Of a stretch of DNA of 64,000 nt, positions 27,183-39,637 are shown one piece after another. How positions within the stretch are numbered: the stretch's first letter is position 1; each line of letters begins with the position of its first letter. The translations under genes and the position numbers were made by a program. The stretch comes from Eledone cirrhosa (Eukaryota): NCBI GenBank assembly GCA_964016885.1, contig OZ024741.1:49662001-49726000 (forward strand), given 5' to 3'. The notes beneath the pieces were generated by a model. It saw only the letters and a program-made list of their open reading frames with translations. It ran no database searches and was not told the DNA's origin.

Positions 27183-27220
<38 letters not shown>

Positions 27221-27237
27221 GTATATATGTATATATG

Positions 27238-27269
<32 letters not shown>

Positions 27270-27274
27270 ATATG

Positions 27275-27311
<37 letters not shown>

Positions 27312-27360
27312 GTATGTATATATATATATGTATATGTATATATATATGTATATATATATG

Positions 27361-27397
<37 letters not shown>

Positions 27398-27554
27398 GTA
27401 TGTATATATATATATGTATATGTATATATATATGTATATATATATGTATATATATATATGTATATATGTATATATATATGTATATATATATGTATATATA
27501 TATATGTATATATGTATATATGTATATATATATGTATATATATATATGTATATA

Positions 27555-27597
<43 letters not shown>

Positions 27598-27700
27598 ATA
27601 TATATATGTATATATATATATGTATATATGTATATGTATATATATATATGTATATATATATATGTATGTATATATATGTATATATGTATATATATATATG

Positions 27701-27745
<45 letters not shown>

Positions 27746-27761
27746 ATATGTATGCGTATAT
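25944..27761. repeat. ~1.8 kb (TA)n / TATATG satellite
   Basis: Almost only T and A, with interspersed G on the + strand. Confidence 0.97.
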
Positions 27762-27948
27762 ATCATCATCATCTTCGTTTAACGTAGATGATGATGATAT
27801 ATACACATACATATATACACATACATATATATACACATACATATATGTATGTGTATATGTGTATATATGTATGTGTATGTATACGTATGTGTATATATGT
27901 ATGTATACGTATATATATGTATATGTATGTATATATATATATGTATGT

Positions 27949-28296
27949 ATCATCATTCATTTCATCATTTCATTTTACGTCCGCTTTTCCCTGCTTGCAA
28001 GGGTGGGACTGGAACTGATTCTGGCTTGATTTCTACAGCTGGATGCCCTTCCTAACACCAACCTTATTTACAGTGAGTGCTGGGTGCTTTTCTGCCGTGG
28101 CACCTCCACAACCACTTTGCAGTGGAATGATAGAGACCCCAGTCCCTATCATCTCATTTCTACAGCTGAGTAAACTGGAGCAATGTGAAATAAAGTCTCT
28201 TGCTCAAGGAAACAACACATCACCCGGTCTTAGAATTGAACTCACAACCTTTCGATTGCAAGCCCAATGCTCTAACCACTAAGCCATGTGCCTCCA
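27949..28296 (-). mobile_element. CORE-SINE with the same body as 264-650 but an RTE family C tail
   Basis: Near-identical head and body; tail GTCCCACCCTTGCAAGCAGGGAAAAGCGGACGTAAAATG. Confidence 0.85.
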
Positions 28297-28451
28297 TAAT
28301 GTATATATATATATACATATGTATATGTATATATATATATATATATATATGTGTGGTGTGTGTATATATGTGTATGTGTGTGTATATGTATATATATATG
28401 TATGTGTATATATATATATATATGTGTGTGTATGTATATACACATGTATGT

Positions 28452-28695
28452 ATCATCATCGTTTAATGCCCATCTTCCATGCTTGCATGGGTTTGGACGG
28501 GAATTTTCCTACTTGAGACAAGATTGGTTGTCTTGTTCGTATAGGATTGTCTGGCGGGTTTTCTACGGCTGGATACCCTTCCTAACACCAACCACGTTTA
28601 CAGTGTGGACTGGGAGGTTTTTACCATGTCACCTACACGGCTACATTACAGCATAGACTGTATGTTTTTTTTGTCATTTATTTAGGACTGGATGT
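28452..28695 (-). mobile_element. RTE family B 3' UTR fragment
   Basis: Matches 18040-18300; TA repeat on both sides. Confidence 0.85.
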
Positions 28696-29089
28696 ATATA
28701 TATATATGAATGAAGTAATTCTGTTGGAAATGTCCAGGAAAAAAGTGTGCTCTCTGTAGGTTACAGAGCTTAATAGTTATGTAATAAACAACATAAGGCA
28801 ATTATTTCATTTACCAGTGGTTTCTTGAAAGCAAACAAATTTTGCTTTCAATCATCAGAATGAAAAAATCCTGGTGTATTTATTGACATTGGATTTTAAA
28901 AACAAAAATATACTATATGAAAGTGAGGCTGGAAAAGGAAGAAGGAAAGGAAAAATAAACACATGCACACACAATTACATACACACATATATACATACAC
29001 ATATATATACATACATATACACACATATATATATATATATATATACATACATACACATATACATACACATACATATACATACATACACA

Positions 29090-30438
29090 CTGTTCTTAGC
29101 CCTCTCCTGTTCATCATAGTCCTGCAGGCAATAACGGAGGAGTTTAAGACCGGATGCCCATGGGAACTCCTGTATGCTGATGACCTCGCACTCATAGCTG
29201 AATCTATGGTAGAACTAGAGAATAAATTCCAAACCTGGAAGCAGGGACTAGAGAGAAAGGGCCTCAAAGTCAACATGACAAAGACTAAGGTCCTTATAAG
29301 TAGACGAGAAAACAGAACCCAGATCCCCTCAGGGAAATGGCCTTGCTCAGTATGTAGGAAAGGTGTAGGTAGGAACTCCATTCTCTGCCCCAAATGCAAA
29401 CAATGGGTACACAAGAGATGTAGCGGGATCTCAGGAAGCTTAATTAAGAATGTAGGATTCACATGCAGCAGCTGTGCTGAAACACCAAGCAAACAGCCAC
29501 AGGAAACAAGTACCACCAATCTCTGGGAGGGCCCTGTAGAAACAGTAGACAGCTTCTGCTACCTAGGTGACCGAATTAGCAACGGAGGTGGGTGCTCAGA
29601 AAGTACAATAACTAGGGTAAGAACGGGATGGAAGAAGTTTAGGGAACTACTACCACTGCTAGCTGCAAAAGGCTTCTCCCTCAGAATGAAAGGCAGACTG
29701 TATGATGCGTGTATCCGAACAGCGATGTTGCATGGTAGTGAGACCTGGGCGCTGAAGGTGGAAGACTTACGTAGATTAGAGAGAAACGAAGCCTGCATGC
29801 TCCGATGGATGTGTAACAGTAATATACGCGAACGACAAAGCATAAAGGAATTGAGAGAGAGACTGAGCATAAGAGGAATCAAATGCTGCGTGCAGGAGAG
29901 GCGGTTACGCTGGTATGGACATGTGATGCGTATGAAGGATGACAGCTGCATAAAAAGGTGCAGAGCACTAGAAGTTGATGGAAACCGCGGAGTGGGGAGA
30001 CCCAAGATGACTTGGGATGAGGTGATAAAAGCCGACCTTACCCAACTACACCTCTCAAAGTCAATGACACACGACCGTGACTTCTGGCGTCACGCAGTAA
30101 TACAGGGTACCCGACCTCCCATGGGTACATGCTGAAGCATATAAACAATATGCCCCCCCCCCCCCACCGCAAGGTGGTCGTGGAGGTGCCACGGCAAAAA
30201 AGCACCCAGCCCACACTGTAAAGTGGACGTGTAGGCGCCACGAAAAAGCACCCAGCACTCACTGTAAATGAGGTTGGTGTTAGGAAGGGCATCCAGCTGT
30301 AGAAATCAAGCCAGATCAGTTCCTGTATGAGCAAGGCATGGTCAGCCGACCAGACACTGCCCACAACAGGACAACCCGTCTAACCCATGCTAGCGTGGAA
30401 GAACGGACGTAAAACGGTGATGATGATGATGATGATGA
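29090..30438 (+). mobile_element. RTE LINE family A, copy 2 (5'-truncated; open frame to 30135)
   Basis: VLSPLLF..LLYADD..PHD..FCYLGD..RRLRWYGHV; (ATG)n tail; CA/TA repeats on both flanks. Confidence 0.95.
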
Positions 30439-31039
30439 CATATATGTATCAACATATCCATTCATACACGCACACAAATACACAAACACACACGTGTATA
30501 TATATATATATATATATACATCTATATATATATATATATACATACACATAATCATACATATATACACACGTACATACACACACGTACATACACACACGTA
30601 CATACACACACGTACATACACACATATATACACATATACATACGCAGACACAAATATAGATATACGTACAGACACCTACATACGCACACACAATTAATTA
30701 TAAGAAAAAATATAATAAAAATACTGTCACATAAGAATAAAAATAAATGTAAAAAGTATTATAAAGTTGATAGAGGCAACAAATAACTGAACACACGTGG
30801 TAAGCAATACACACAATTGCACACACATACATACATAAATATAAATACATACACACACACTCCTACATATACACATACATATACACACACTCATACAATA
30901 AATACATACACACACACTCATACAATAAATACATACACACACATGCATGTGTGTAAAACTCATATATATATATATATATAATATATATATGTGTGTGTGT
31001 ACACACATATCTGCATAATAAACATTATCTCATACAATG

Positions 31040-31225
31040 GGCGGTGGATTGGCAGTATCGGTAGAGGGTCGGACGCCATGCTTTGACGCATAGAGTTACG
31101 GCCCTTGCCATTCTGAGTTCAAATCCCGCCGAGGTTAACTTTGCCTTTCATCCTTACGGGGTCGATAAAATAAAGTACCAGTAATGTACTGGGTAATTTC
31201 TGGCCTTGTGCCAATAGTAGAAACA
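31040..31225 (+). mobile_element. tRNA-derived SINE (second superfamily) with a 16-bp TSD
   Basis: B-box GAGTTCAAATCC and core TTTGCCTTTCATCCTTACGGGGTCGATAAAATAAAGTACC. TSD attatctcatacaatg at 31024-31039 and 31226-31241. Confidence 0.85.
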
Positions 31226-31915
31226 ATTATCTCATACAATGTTTTTTTACAGTAAATTTTGAAAATGAAGTAGGGAATAATTTCTAACAGGAGTGTTTTT
31301 CCTGGAAACTATCTCTAGCTTACTTTGACTAATATATTATGGATTTTCATGTGATTGGGAGTCATTTGGAATTAGACAGGAAGCTATGAAGGTTAATAAA
31401 TCATAGTTAGGAGAATTCCTTTTTTTTAATATTTTTAACTAATAAACTTTATCATCAGAAAATAGCATTACTGATTTTTCTATTTTCTTTTTTTTAGAGA
31501 GTTGAATATTATTGATAGTAATCATAACTATTTATGTTTTCTCTTTACACATTAGTGAAATTTAATTCTAATTCTGTATTTTTCAACATCACAATATCTA
31601 CTTCATATTCCTGTAAAACATTTCCCCATTTAGACAAATATTGATTTCTTTAGACTAGACACATTGCCAATTTTGTTGGGAATGGGTATAGTCAATTGAA
31701 TCAACTTCCAGTGAATTAGTGATACTTATTTTATTGATTCAAGAAGGATGAAAATTCAATTCTGATTGGATTTGAACTTGGAATTCTTAGGTACCAACCT
31801 ATTTTCTGTAAAGTATTCAGTAAAGTATTTAATCTTGGCATTTTACTGAATGCAGCCTTGTCTGCTGCCTCATTTAAATAAATATCGATTTCTTTTCACT
31901 AAATACATGTCCAAT

Positions 31916-31979
<64 letters not shown>

Positions 31980-32240
31980 AATGTTATAAATATATGTATA
32001 TAATATATGTAATATATATATATATAATATATGTAATATATATATAATATATGTTATATATATATATATAATATGTATATATGTAATATATATGTATATA
32101 ATATATGTAGATATATGTATATAATATATGTAGATATATGTATATAATATATGTAGATATATGTATATAATATATATATATATATATGTATATAATATAT
32201 GTAATATATATATGTGTATATATAATATGTGTATATATAA

Positions 32241-32762
32241 TCTAAACTATAATAAAGGAAGGTCTGCAGGACTGCGTACGTTTTTTTTTTTCCCCGTTAG
32301 TAAAATAAGTTGGATTACTTTGAATAAATAATGACTAAATATTACATAATTTATCTACTAAATTTCGTAAACAAAAATAATTTTGTAAAAAAAATAATTT
32401 AAAATTGACTTCTTTTCAAAGTTGCACTTCCGGTATATCGTTGCCACCACCACCACTTCAACTACTATATAGAAAGAGAGAGTGTGTGATGTCAACACTT
32501 CCGGTGGCGATCACTTAAATAAACATACTAATTTTCTCCTAATTTAGTTCATATATGATATCGTCTTTTTTTAATGTATCATGGATTACGTTACTGATTA
32601 CATAAGACAGTGTAACAACGTCTTCGTTCAATTTCTGTTTATATTGTCAATTACGATTTTATTTGATGTATCATATCTACATGTATATATACTTATGTAT
32701 AATATCAATATACACACTACACATGCTAGCAGAAAACCACCCGAAGGGTGGTTTTCTGCTAG
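32241..32762 (+). mobile_element. Non-autonomous Helitron
   Basis: A|TCTAAACTATAATAAA ... hairpin-CTAG|T, no TSD, embedded in TA satellite. Confidence 0.75.
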
Positions 32763-33029
32763 TATATGTAATATATATATATGGAATATGTATATCTATA
32801 TAATATATGTAATATATATATATATAAGAAAGTTGGGATAGATGGTATATATTTTACCATAATCCACGTGCAACCACCCCAATTAGGAATAATGTATTGT
32901 GTACACTCTGGGTATAGGCTTGCACAATCCCACATTCAAATTTTGTTTTGTTGAGTGAATAATGAGAGCAGCCAGGACCATAATAAATATAATTCCTATG
33001 ACTTTGATTTCCTATAAATATATATATAT

Positions 33030-33245
33030 ATATTGTTATACTTTGGGAGGTTCATGTTGCCAATAAAAACATACACACCTGTTGGTTTTCACTTTAATTT
33101 AATATAAAATTCCAGTTGATTATTTACCAGATGGTTGTTTATTTCTTTGTCAAAGCTCTTTTGTCACATATTCTGTGACCTCCTCAGTGACTAATTTGTT
33201 ATTTTGTGTCTCTCCTTTGTTTTGTCCTATACCATATGGCGTCCT
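33030..33245 (-). mobile_element. Short Penelope 3'-end copy with decayed hammerhead (33149-33191)
   Basis: End aacctcccaaagtataacaat matches the 15803 end. Motif GTCA CTGAGGA G GTCACA-gaata-TGTGAC aAAA GAGCT T TGAC. Confidence 0.7.
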
Positions 33246-33251
33246 ATACCA

Positions 33252-33457
33252 CAGGATGTCCCCAAAAAATGCATACATACTTTGATTACCTGTACAGGCA
33301 ATATTTATTAGAATGTACAGCCTTTCCCAAAAATAAAATCTACAGACATAATCCAATTGTATGTAAATACATAATTTAAATAATGCATATAAAAGAGAAT
33401 TTATTTTAATGTACTTTTTAAAGATTGAAGTCTTTATATATTTTTAAGGACATCCTG
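33252..33457. mobile_element. Tc1/mariner-like MITE
   Basis: TIR CAGGATGTCC ... GGACATCCTG|TA. Confidence 0.5.
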
Positions 33458-33739
33458 TATATAAGGTAAGGATGTGGTTTAACTGAAACACTACTGTATT
33501 GTTAGCATATATTTTATCAATGTCGCAAAAATGGAAAGCAGCATTAACAAAGGCAATATTTGAACTCAGAACTCTAAAACATTCAATCATAAAGTTTCAT
33601 TGACCTAACCAGTTCAGCCACTTCATATTATTTAAACACCTATAAGCTTGCTTCTCCTATCACTTTATTCTTTTTGTAGTCAAAGAAATTAGCATAAGTG
33701 TTAAACAGCAACTTGTAATCAATCGTTTTTAGTTGATTT

Positions 33740-34560
33740 TATTATTATTATTATTATTTAAAACTTCCTTTGAATCCTGCTTCTTTCCCAAATCATGCCA
33801 AGTGTCAACATCATTATTATTATTTTTATTGGACTATTACTGCTTTACCAAGCACAGCTCTGGGTATGAGCAGTGTAGTTTTTGCTGATGGTGTTTCTAT
33901 TGTATTGATAGTACTTTTCGTAACATGTATGCAGTGCCTAGTAGTGCTATCTTTTGTATGCTGTATATACTTGTAAGTCCTGGGGTTTGGGCTATGCATT
34001 TGTCTGTGTGGTTTATTTTTAATCATTCCTAGAGCACCTATTATTATAGGTATTGTTTCTGTTTTCATTTTCTACATTCGGGTTATTTCTATCTCTAGAT
34101 CTTTATATTTGGAGAGTTTCTCTATTTCCTTGGAAGATATATTGTCATCTGTGGGGATTGCTACATCTATTAGAATATTAGAAGGCATTTTTTTTTTCCT
34201 TCCTTGTGGTCTTTGACTATAATATCTGATCTGTTGGCCTTGATCTCTCTGCCTGTATGTATTGGCATATCCCAGAGAATGGTTGCTTTGTCATTCTGTG
34301 ACACTTTTTCTGTTGGTATTTCATAATGCTGGCATAACTTCCAGTGTATGAAGGTTCCTACTTAATCATATCTATGAATATATTCTTTTTTGGACTATGT
34401 GGTTGATTGTTTCTTCCCTATCTCCACATATTCTACAGTTACTTATAGTGCTTTGTTTCATTATGTACATCTGCTAGTTTCTGGTAGGTAGATTCTGGTC
34501 CTGTACTGCCATTAGAAATCTTTCAGTTCAGTGCTTCGGAGCTAGTTTTGTGTGTTTTCT
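33740..34560 (-). mobile_element. R4/Dong-like non-LTR retrotransposon 3' fragment (zinc knuckle + restriction-like endonuclease)
   Basis: Minus translation CRICGDREETINHI, ILWDMPIHTGREIKANRSDIIVKD, KLSKYKDLEIEITRM and IPIIIGALG; (TAA)n at the 3' end. Confidence 0.85.
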
Positions 34561-34631
34561 TTGTCTACTTGTTGTTGCTGCTGCTGATGCTGATGCTGAT
34601 GTTGATGTTGATGTTGATGTTGTTATGGTGG

Positions 34632-34866
34632 TGGATTGATAGTATCGGAAGTGTTGAACAACGTGCTTAGCGGCATAGTTATAGCCCTTTATGTTCTGAA
34701 TTAAAATCCCACCATGGTTAGCTTTGCCTTTCATCCTTACGGGGTCGATAAAATAAAATACCAGTAACGTACTGGGGTCGATTTAATCAACTTTCCCCTC
34801 GCCCAAAATTGCTGGCCTTGTGCCTATATAAGAAACCATTATTATTATTATTATTATTATTATTAT
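34632..34866 (+). mobile_element. tRNA SINE (second superfamily) with (ATT)n tail
   Basis: Same core as 31040-31225. Confidence 0.8.
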
Positions 34867-35227
34867 CTAGGTCAGTTGTATCTGATGTTTCTTGTATTTG
34901 CTATTCTGAATTTAATTAAAATAGAAGAAAATATTGTCTACCTTAGAATAAGAAAATTAATTAAGAAGAAAATGAAAGAAGTATTACTGTCCACTTAAAA
35001 CATCAAATGACCTACTCAGAGGAACCACTATATCTGGAGTAGACTACATATTTACAATTTAGATTTAATAATTGACTTACCTGTTATCCACCCAGGTTAT
35101 TTTGTGAGGTATATTGATCCAGCTTTGGTTCCCAGAGGAAGTTGTATTCACTCACAATATGGTGAGAGGAAGTAAACACTGAATATTAGTTCACTACTAT
35201 CATTATTAGGAAAGCAGCTGGACCAGG

Positions 35228-35522
35228 ATGGTGGAATGGCAGAATCAGTAGAGCGTTGGATACCTTGCTTCATAGCATAGAGTTACGGCCCTTTACATTC
35301 TCAGTTCAAATCCCACCATGGTTAGCTTTGCCTTTCATCCTTACTGGGGTCGATAAAATAAAGCACCAGTAATGCACTGGGGTCGATTTAATCGACTTTC
35401 CCCTCTCTCCCAAAATTGCTGGCCTTGTGCCTAAATCAGAAACCATGGCAGTATGAGTAGAGGTAATTGCAGTATGAGTAGAGGTAATTGCTGGCCTTGT
35501 GCCAAAAGTAGAAACAATTATT
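35228..35522 (+). mobile_element. tRNA SINE (second superfamily) with duplicated 3' end
   Basis: Same core; the ctggccttgtgcc..agaaac end occurs twice. Confidence 0.8.
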
Positions 35523-36269
35523 AGTCAACTAGTGAGCTAGCTCAACCTGAAAGAAGTAACTATAAAATCTTCTTTAAAAAAAAAACACAACCATTTTGAA
35601 AAAGAGTGGGTATGTTAGATAATATTCTAATCTAAAGATGAAAGCTTGGATGGTTACAGCTGGAATAATACTTTTATGAATATCATTGATCAGGGCTGAC
35701 CTGGTATTAAACAACAACAACAGCACTCTTTTACAATAAATCCAAACTGATTAGCGAACCAGAGAAGAATCTTGATGAATCTTCAATTAGAAGATATTAA
35801 GAATAAAGCATTCTACTAATTTATTGAGAGCTTGAGTGAAAGTGAGAAAGCCATGATGACTACATGAAAGTAATTATAGTTATTGCAGTTACTAAATCAA
35901 CTTTGCCTTTTGCTACTGAGTTAGTGATTCCCAATCTTTGAAGTTCAGTTAATCATTTAGTACAGAAAATTGTAAGTAAAGAACAGTCCTATGACAAATA
36001 AGAAGTTGTTATTGCTATTAAGTTAAGTTCTAGCTATTTCATTGTCAAATGTCTGTCTTTCTTTGATCAGACATTGAGACACAGACAGACAGACACACAC
36101 ACGCACACACACACTCAGTTATGGTTTGGTTTAAAATTAGAATTTAAATGAAAAGCACAATCAAATGTCTTGGCTTAATTACTGCAAGACGACTTCATAA
36201 TATTGGAATATTTTCCATGATTAACTGACACAAAGAATTCCTTCTTTGAATGAATTATTGAGAGATTAA

Positions 36270-36512
36270 GCATCAGAATTATTGAGAGATTAAGCATCAG
36301 ACAGCATGCTTTATGGCATAGGGCTACAACCCTTTACAATCTGAATTCAAATCCTGCCGAGATTAGCTTTGCCTTTCATCCTTACAGGGTCAATAAAATA
36401 AAATACCAGTCACACACTGGGGTCGATTTAATGGACTTTCCCCTCTTCCCCCACCACACACACACACACACACAAATTGTTGGCCATGTGCCTAAATCAG
36501 AAACTATTATTA
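36270..36512 (+). mobile_element. tRNA SINE (second superfamily)
   Basis: Same core. Confidence 0.75.
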
Positions 36513-36764
36513 TAGTCAATTAGTGAGTTTGATTCCTGGACTGGGTTATGTGTTATGTCTTTGAGCAAGACACTTTATTTCACGTTGCTTCTTCTGCCTG
36601 GATTTGCAACCGGTAAATAGTATTAGCAATTGTGAAGACTAATTTAAACATTTTTTCTTTGGTCCAATTTGATGAGCTCCACCCCACTCGTTAAACGAAT
36701 GAGGTCTGGGATCTTGTCGATTGACTATTATATATTATTATCATTATCATCTTTATTATTACTG

Positions 36765-36945
36765 TCAGTATCGGTAGAGAGTCGGACGCCATGCTTTCCA
36801 GCGTAGTTACGTCCCTTTACGATCTGAGTTCAAATCCCGCCGAGGTTGACTTTGCCTTTCATCCTTACAGGGTCGATAAAATAAAGTACCAGTAATGTAC
36901 TGGGTAATTGCTGGCCTTGTGCCTAAAGTAGAAACAATTATTATT
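36765..36945 (+). mobile_element. tRNA SINE (second superfamily)
   Basis: Close to 31040-31225. Confidence 0.8.
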
Positions 36946-37460
36946 GTCATCATTATGATCATCATTATTTATATGTGTGGTCAGGATGCTGTTTGCAATA
37001 AGATATCAGTAAACTGTTTAGTTTGGTTTCCATTCTCAGTTAGAACTGGTTCACTTATATCCTTAACCTTCAGCACACTGTCGGCAATAAATTGTGACAA
37101 GAGAACAATATCCCCTTAATATGCAGTGTCAAGGGAAGCAATTCATAAAACAAATGCAGCGTCCTAAAGGTTAATGCTTGTAGCAAAGACATCACAACTG
37201 TTATAATGAGAAACAGTTGCTGAGAATAAAATAGTTTTGTTCAGCTTAAATGTAAATAACATGGGTAAGGCTACATGCACCAATGATCAACTCTGATTTA
37301 AGGACGAGAGACTGCCAAATGGTAATCAAGGTGATGGCATCTTCATTCAAGGGATATGATTCCTTTCTTTTTATAATGTTCATTTTTTCATTGTCTCCTT
37401 TGTATTTTGAATAATATTTCCAGACTTTTGTTTTGGTTGGTGTCTAACCAATAGTATAGG

Positions 37461-37639
37461 CTTTCAATTGTAGAAAAAAAAGATTATGAAAGATGTAAAT
37501 GAATGAATTATACTGAATTATACTTTCAATTGTAGAAAAAAAAGATTATGAAAGATGTAAATGAATGAATTATACTGAATTATACTTTCAATTGTAGAAA
37601 AAAAAGATTATGAAAGATGTAAATGAATGAATTATACTG
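37461..37639. repeat. 62-bp tandem repeat, ~2.9 identical copies
   Basis: ctttcaattgtag starts at 37461, 37523 and 37585. Confidence 0.95.
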
Positions 37640-38137
37640 GGGACCCATCAGCAACTCTTATGTCTTTTAGTATCTATGAAATCCATGGAATTATTTTTAT
37701 GTTACTTTTCTTGGGATAGATATCTCTGTATAAATCTTTTGTCTGGAATTTGTGTCGTTGAGTGTACAGCTTTATAGAAGCAAGAATTGTCAGCTTTGCA
37801 AGTTATTGTAACAGTTTCAATAATAGTTTTCTGTGTAAAGATAAATTGCATGCTTCCACTATCTCGACCATTGCCAAATTCTCAACACCGAGAGTACTTT
37901 GGACAATTCTTCTTAGACATTTCAATTGACATAAAATGAGCATAAAATCTACTTGAATCTTATACAGGTATTACCTTTTTTTAGAGCTAAATTATTATTT
38001 TTATTTTACTTCTATCTCAAAATTAGAGTGTGTTATATACTGGTGCTTGCTATATGTTAATAAATCTGGTATTTACTGTTGCAGAAAGATAGCATAAACC
38101 CCTACCTTTCAGATTGGCAAAAAGAGGTATCAATATT

Positions 38138-38351
38138 AGATTGGCAGTAACCAGTGGTGCGTTGGACAACATGCTTATTGGCATAGTTACAACCATTTAC
38201 GATCCGAGTTCAAATCCTGCTGAGGTTAACTTTGCCTTTCATCCTTTAGGTGTCAATAAAATAAAGTACCAGTAATGCACTGGGGTCGATTTAATTGACT
38301 TTCCCCTTCCCCAAAATTGTTGGCCTTGTGCCTAAATCAGAAACCATTATA
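38138..38351 (+). mobile_element. tRNA SINE (second superfamily)
   Basis: Same core. Confidence 0.8.
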
Positions 38352-38399
38352 TACACTTGTTTGTAAATGATAAGTAAGGTTTTCCTAATTATAAAATAA

Positions 38400-38660
38400 C
38401 AATTTGAAACTTTTCCTTCTTTGATTTCTTTACTCTTTTAGTATTTTATATGGTTAACTAGTTGACCTAATTTCTGAAATCTCTGTTGTTGATATTCTAT
38501 CTTCTAAGTTGCTTTGACTTACAACTGGAATATATTTTTGTTTCTTTATATATCCCTCTTGTCCAAATGTAATGTCCTCTCCAGTCTCTTCAATATCCAG
38601 TTCAATGTACTGAAACCGAGTTACTTCTTCAGATTTGATATTTAAATAAATTATGGAGCC
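38400..38660 (-). mobile_element. Degenerate Ty1/copia-like RT remnant
   Basis: FQYIELDIEETGEDITFGQEGYIKK..EIRS resembles the copia FxYLGxxIxQxxxGIxxxQxxY motif. Confidence 0.45.
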
Positions 38661-39082
38661 CATTTACAACTTAGGCCTCAGTACGTGACAACCTGTCTAA
38701 CCAATGCAAGCATGGAAAATAGCCATTAAACAGTGATGTTGAGGATGATGATGATATCTATTTATGAGACTGCATAATAGTATTTCTCATAAGCTATCAT
38801 TTTTGTTTCCAGGCATGACATCATTAATATATATTTGGGAAGCTGAAAATACTTCCATTTTAATGGAGGTGCCCCAGCATGGCCTCAGCCTGTCAGCTGG
38901 AACATGTAATAGTGTTATCTATATTCATATAAACTGAGTAATGACATGATCAATGTGACCTTTGTAATCATTTGTCTGTGTGTGTTAGTACATGCTGCAA
39001 ATTCTGAGCTCAGAGCAAAATTATGTAGAGAAGAGTTTATTTGCTCCTATTTTTTTTTTATTAAAAAATTGTGACTTGATTA

Positions 39083-39632
39083 ATCATCATCATCATCTTG
39101 AGTTTCCTTAGACAACAATAATTTTACTTCTCTTGTCCCTATCGAGCATGGCTTTCATGAGTTCATTCTTTCTAAGATTCATTTCTTTACAAACCTGCTC
39201 TATAAATGTAGCATGAGGCAGACCTCTTCTTCTTCTAGCATGTGTGGGTTCCCATAGCAGTAACTAGTGTAATGCCTCTGCCTGACCTCTTTGCCTTATG
39301 TGAACTGTGATACTGAGTCTTCAAGCCTTTATGACATATATGATCTGTCTCAGGATCACCGTATTTAGACTCATTTGTTCTGTGCTCCCTCCAAGAAATA
39401 TTCTGTCTTTCCATCTCTTTTGTGAGTATCCAGCACACCACTCCATACACAAGAACACTTTCAACTGTTGAGAGAAAGAACTTAATCTTTAGTTTGGTGT
39501 TCAAATTTGATTTCCAAATGACATCCATTTTGTTTTCAACTGTCCTGGCTAAGTTAATTCTAGTGCTCATGTCTTTTTCTGAGGTGTTGATCCATGAATC
39601 ATCATATCTAAAATCTTCAACTCTTTCTAGCT
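39083..39632 (-). mobile_element. RTE/RTE-X family D 3' fragment
   Basis: IWKSNLNTKLKIKFFLSTVESVLVYG..ISWREH; (ATG)n tail. Confidence 0.75.
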
Positions 39633-39637
39633 ACTGT

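Noticed and set aside
25274-28029. Very long ORFs (832, 617 and 403 aa) of Y/I/M/C/V/H/T
   Set aside because: Translations of stop-free TA/TG satellite; only the RTE part of the 832-aa frame is real coding-derived sequence.
37067-37170. Small TTAA-flanked MITE; also a possible hAT-like MITE at 59308-59545
   Set aside because: TIRs are short and mismatched, with no second copy in the window to confirm.
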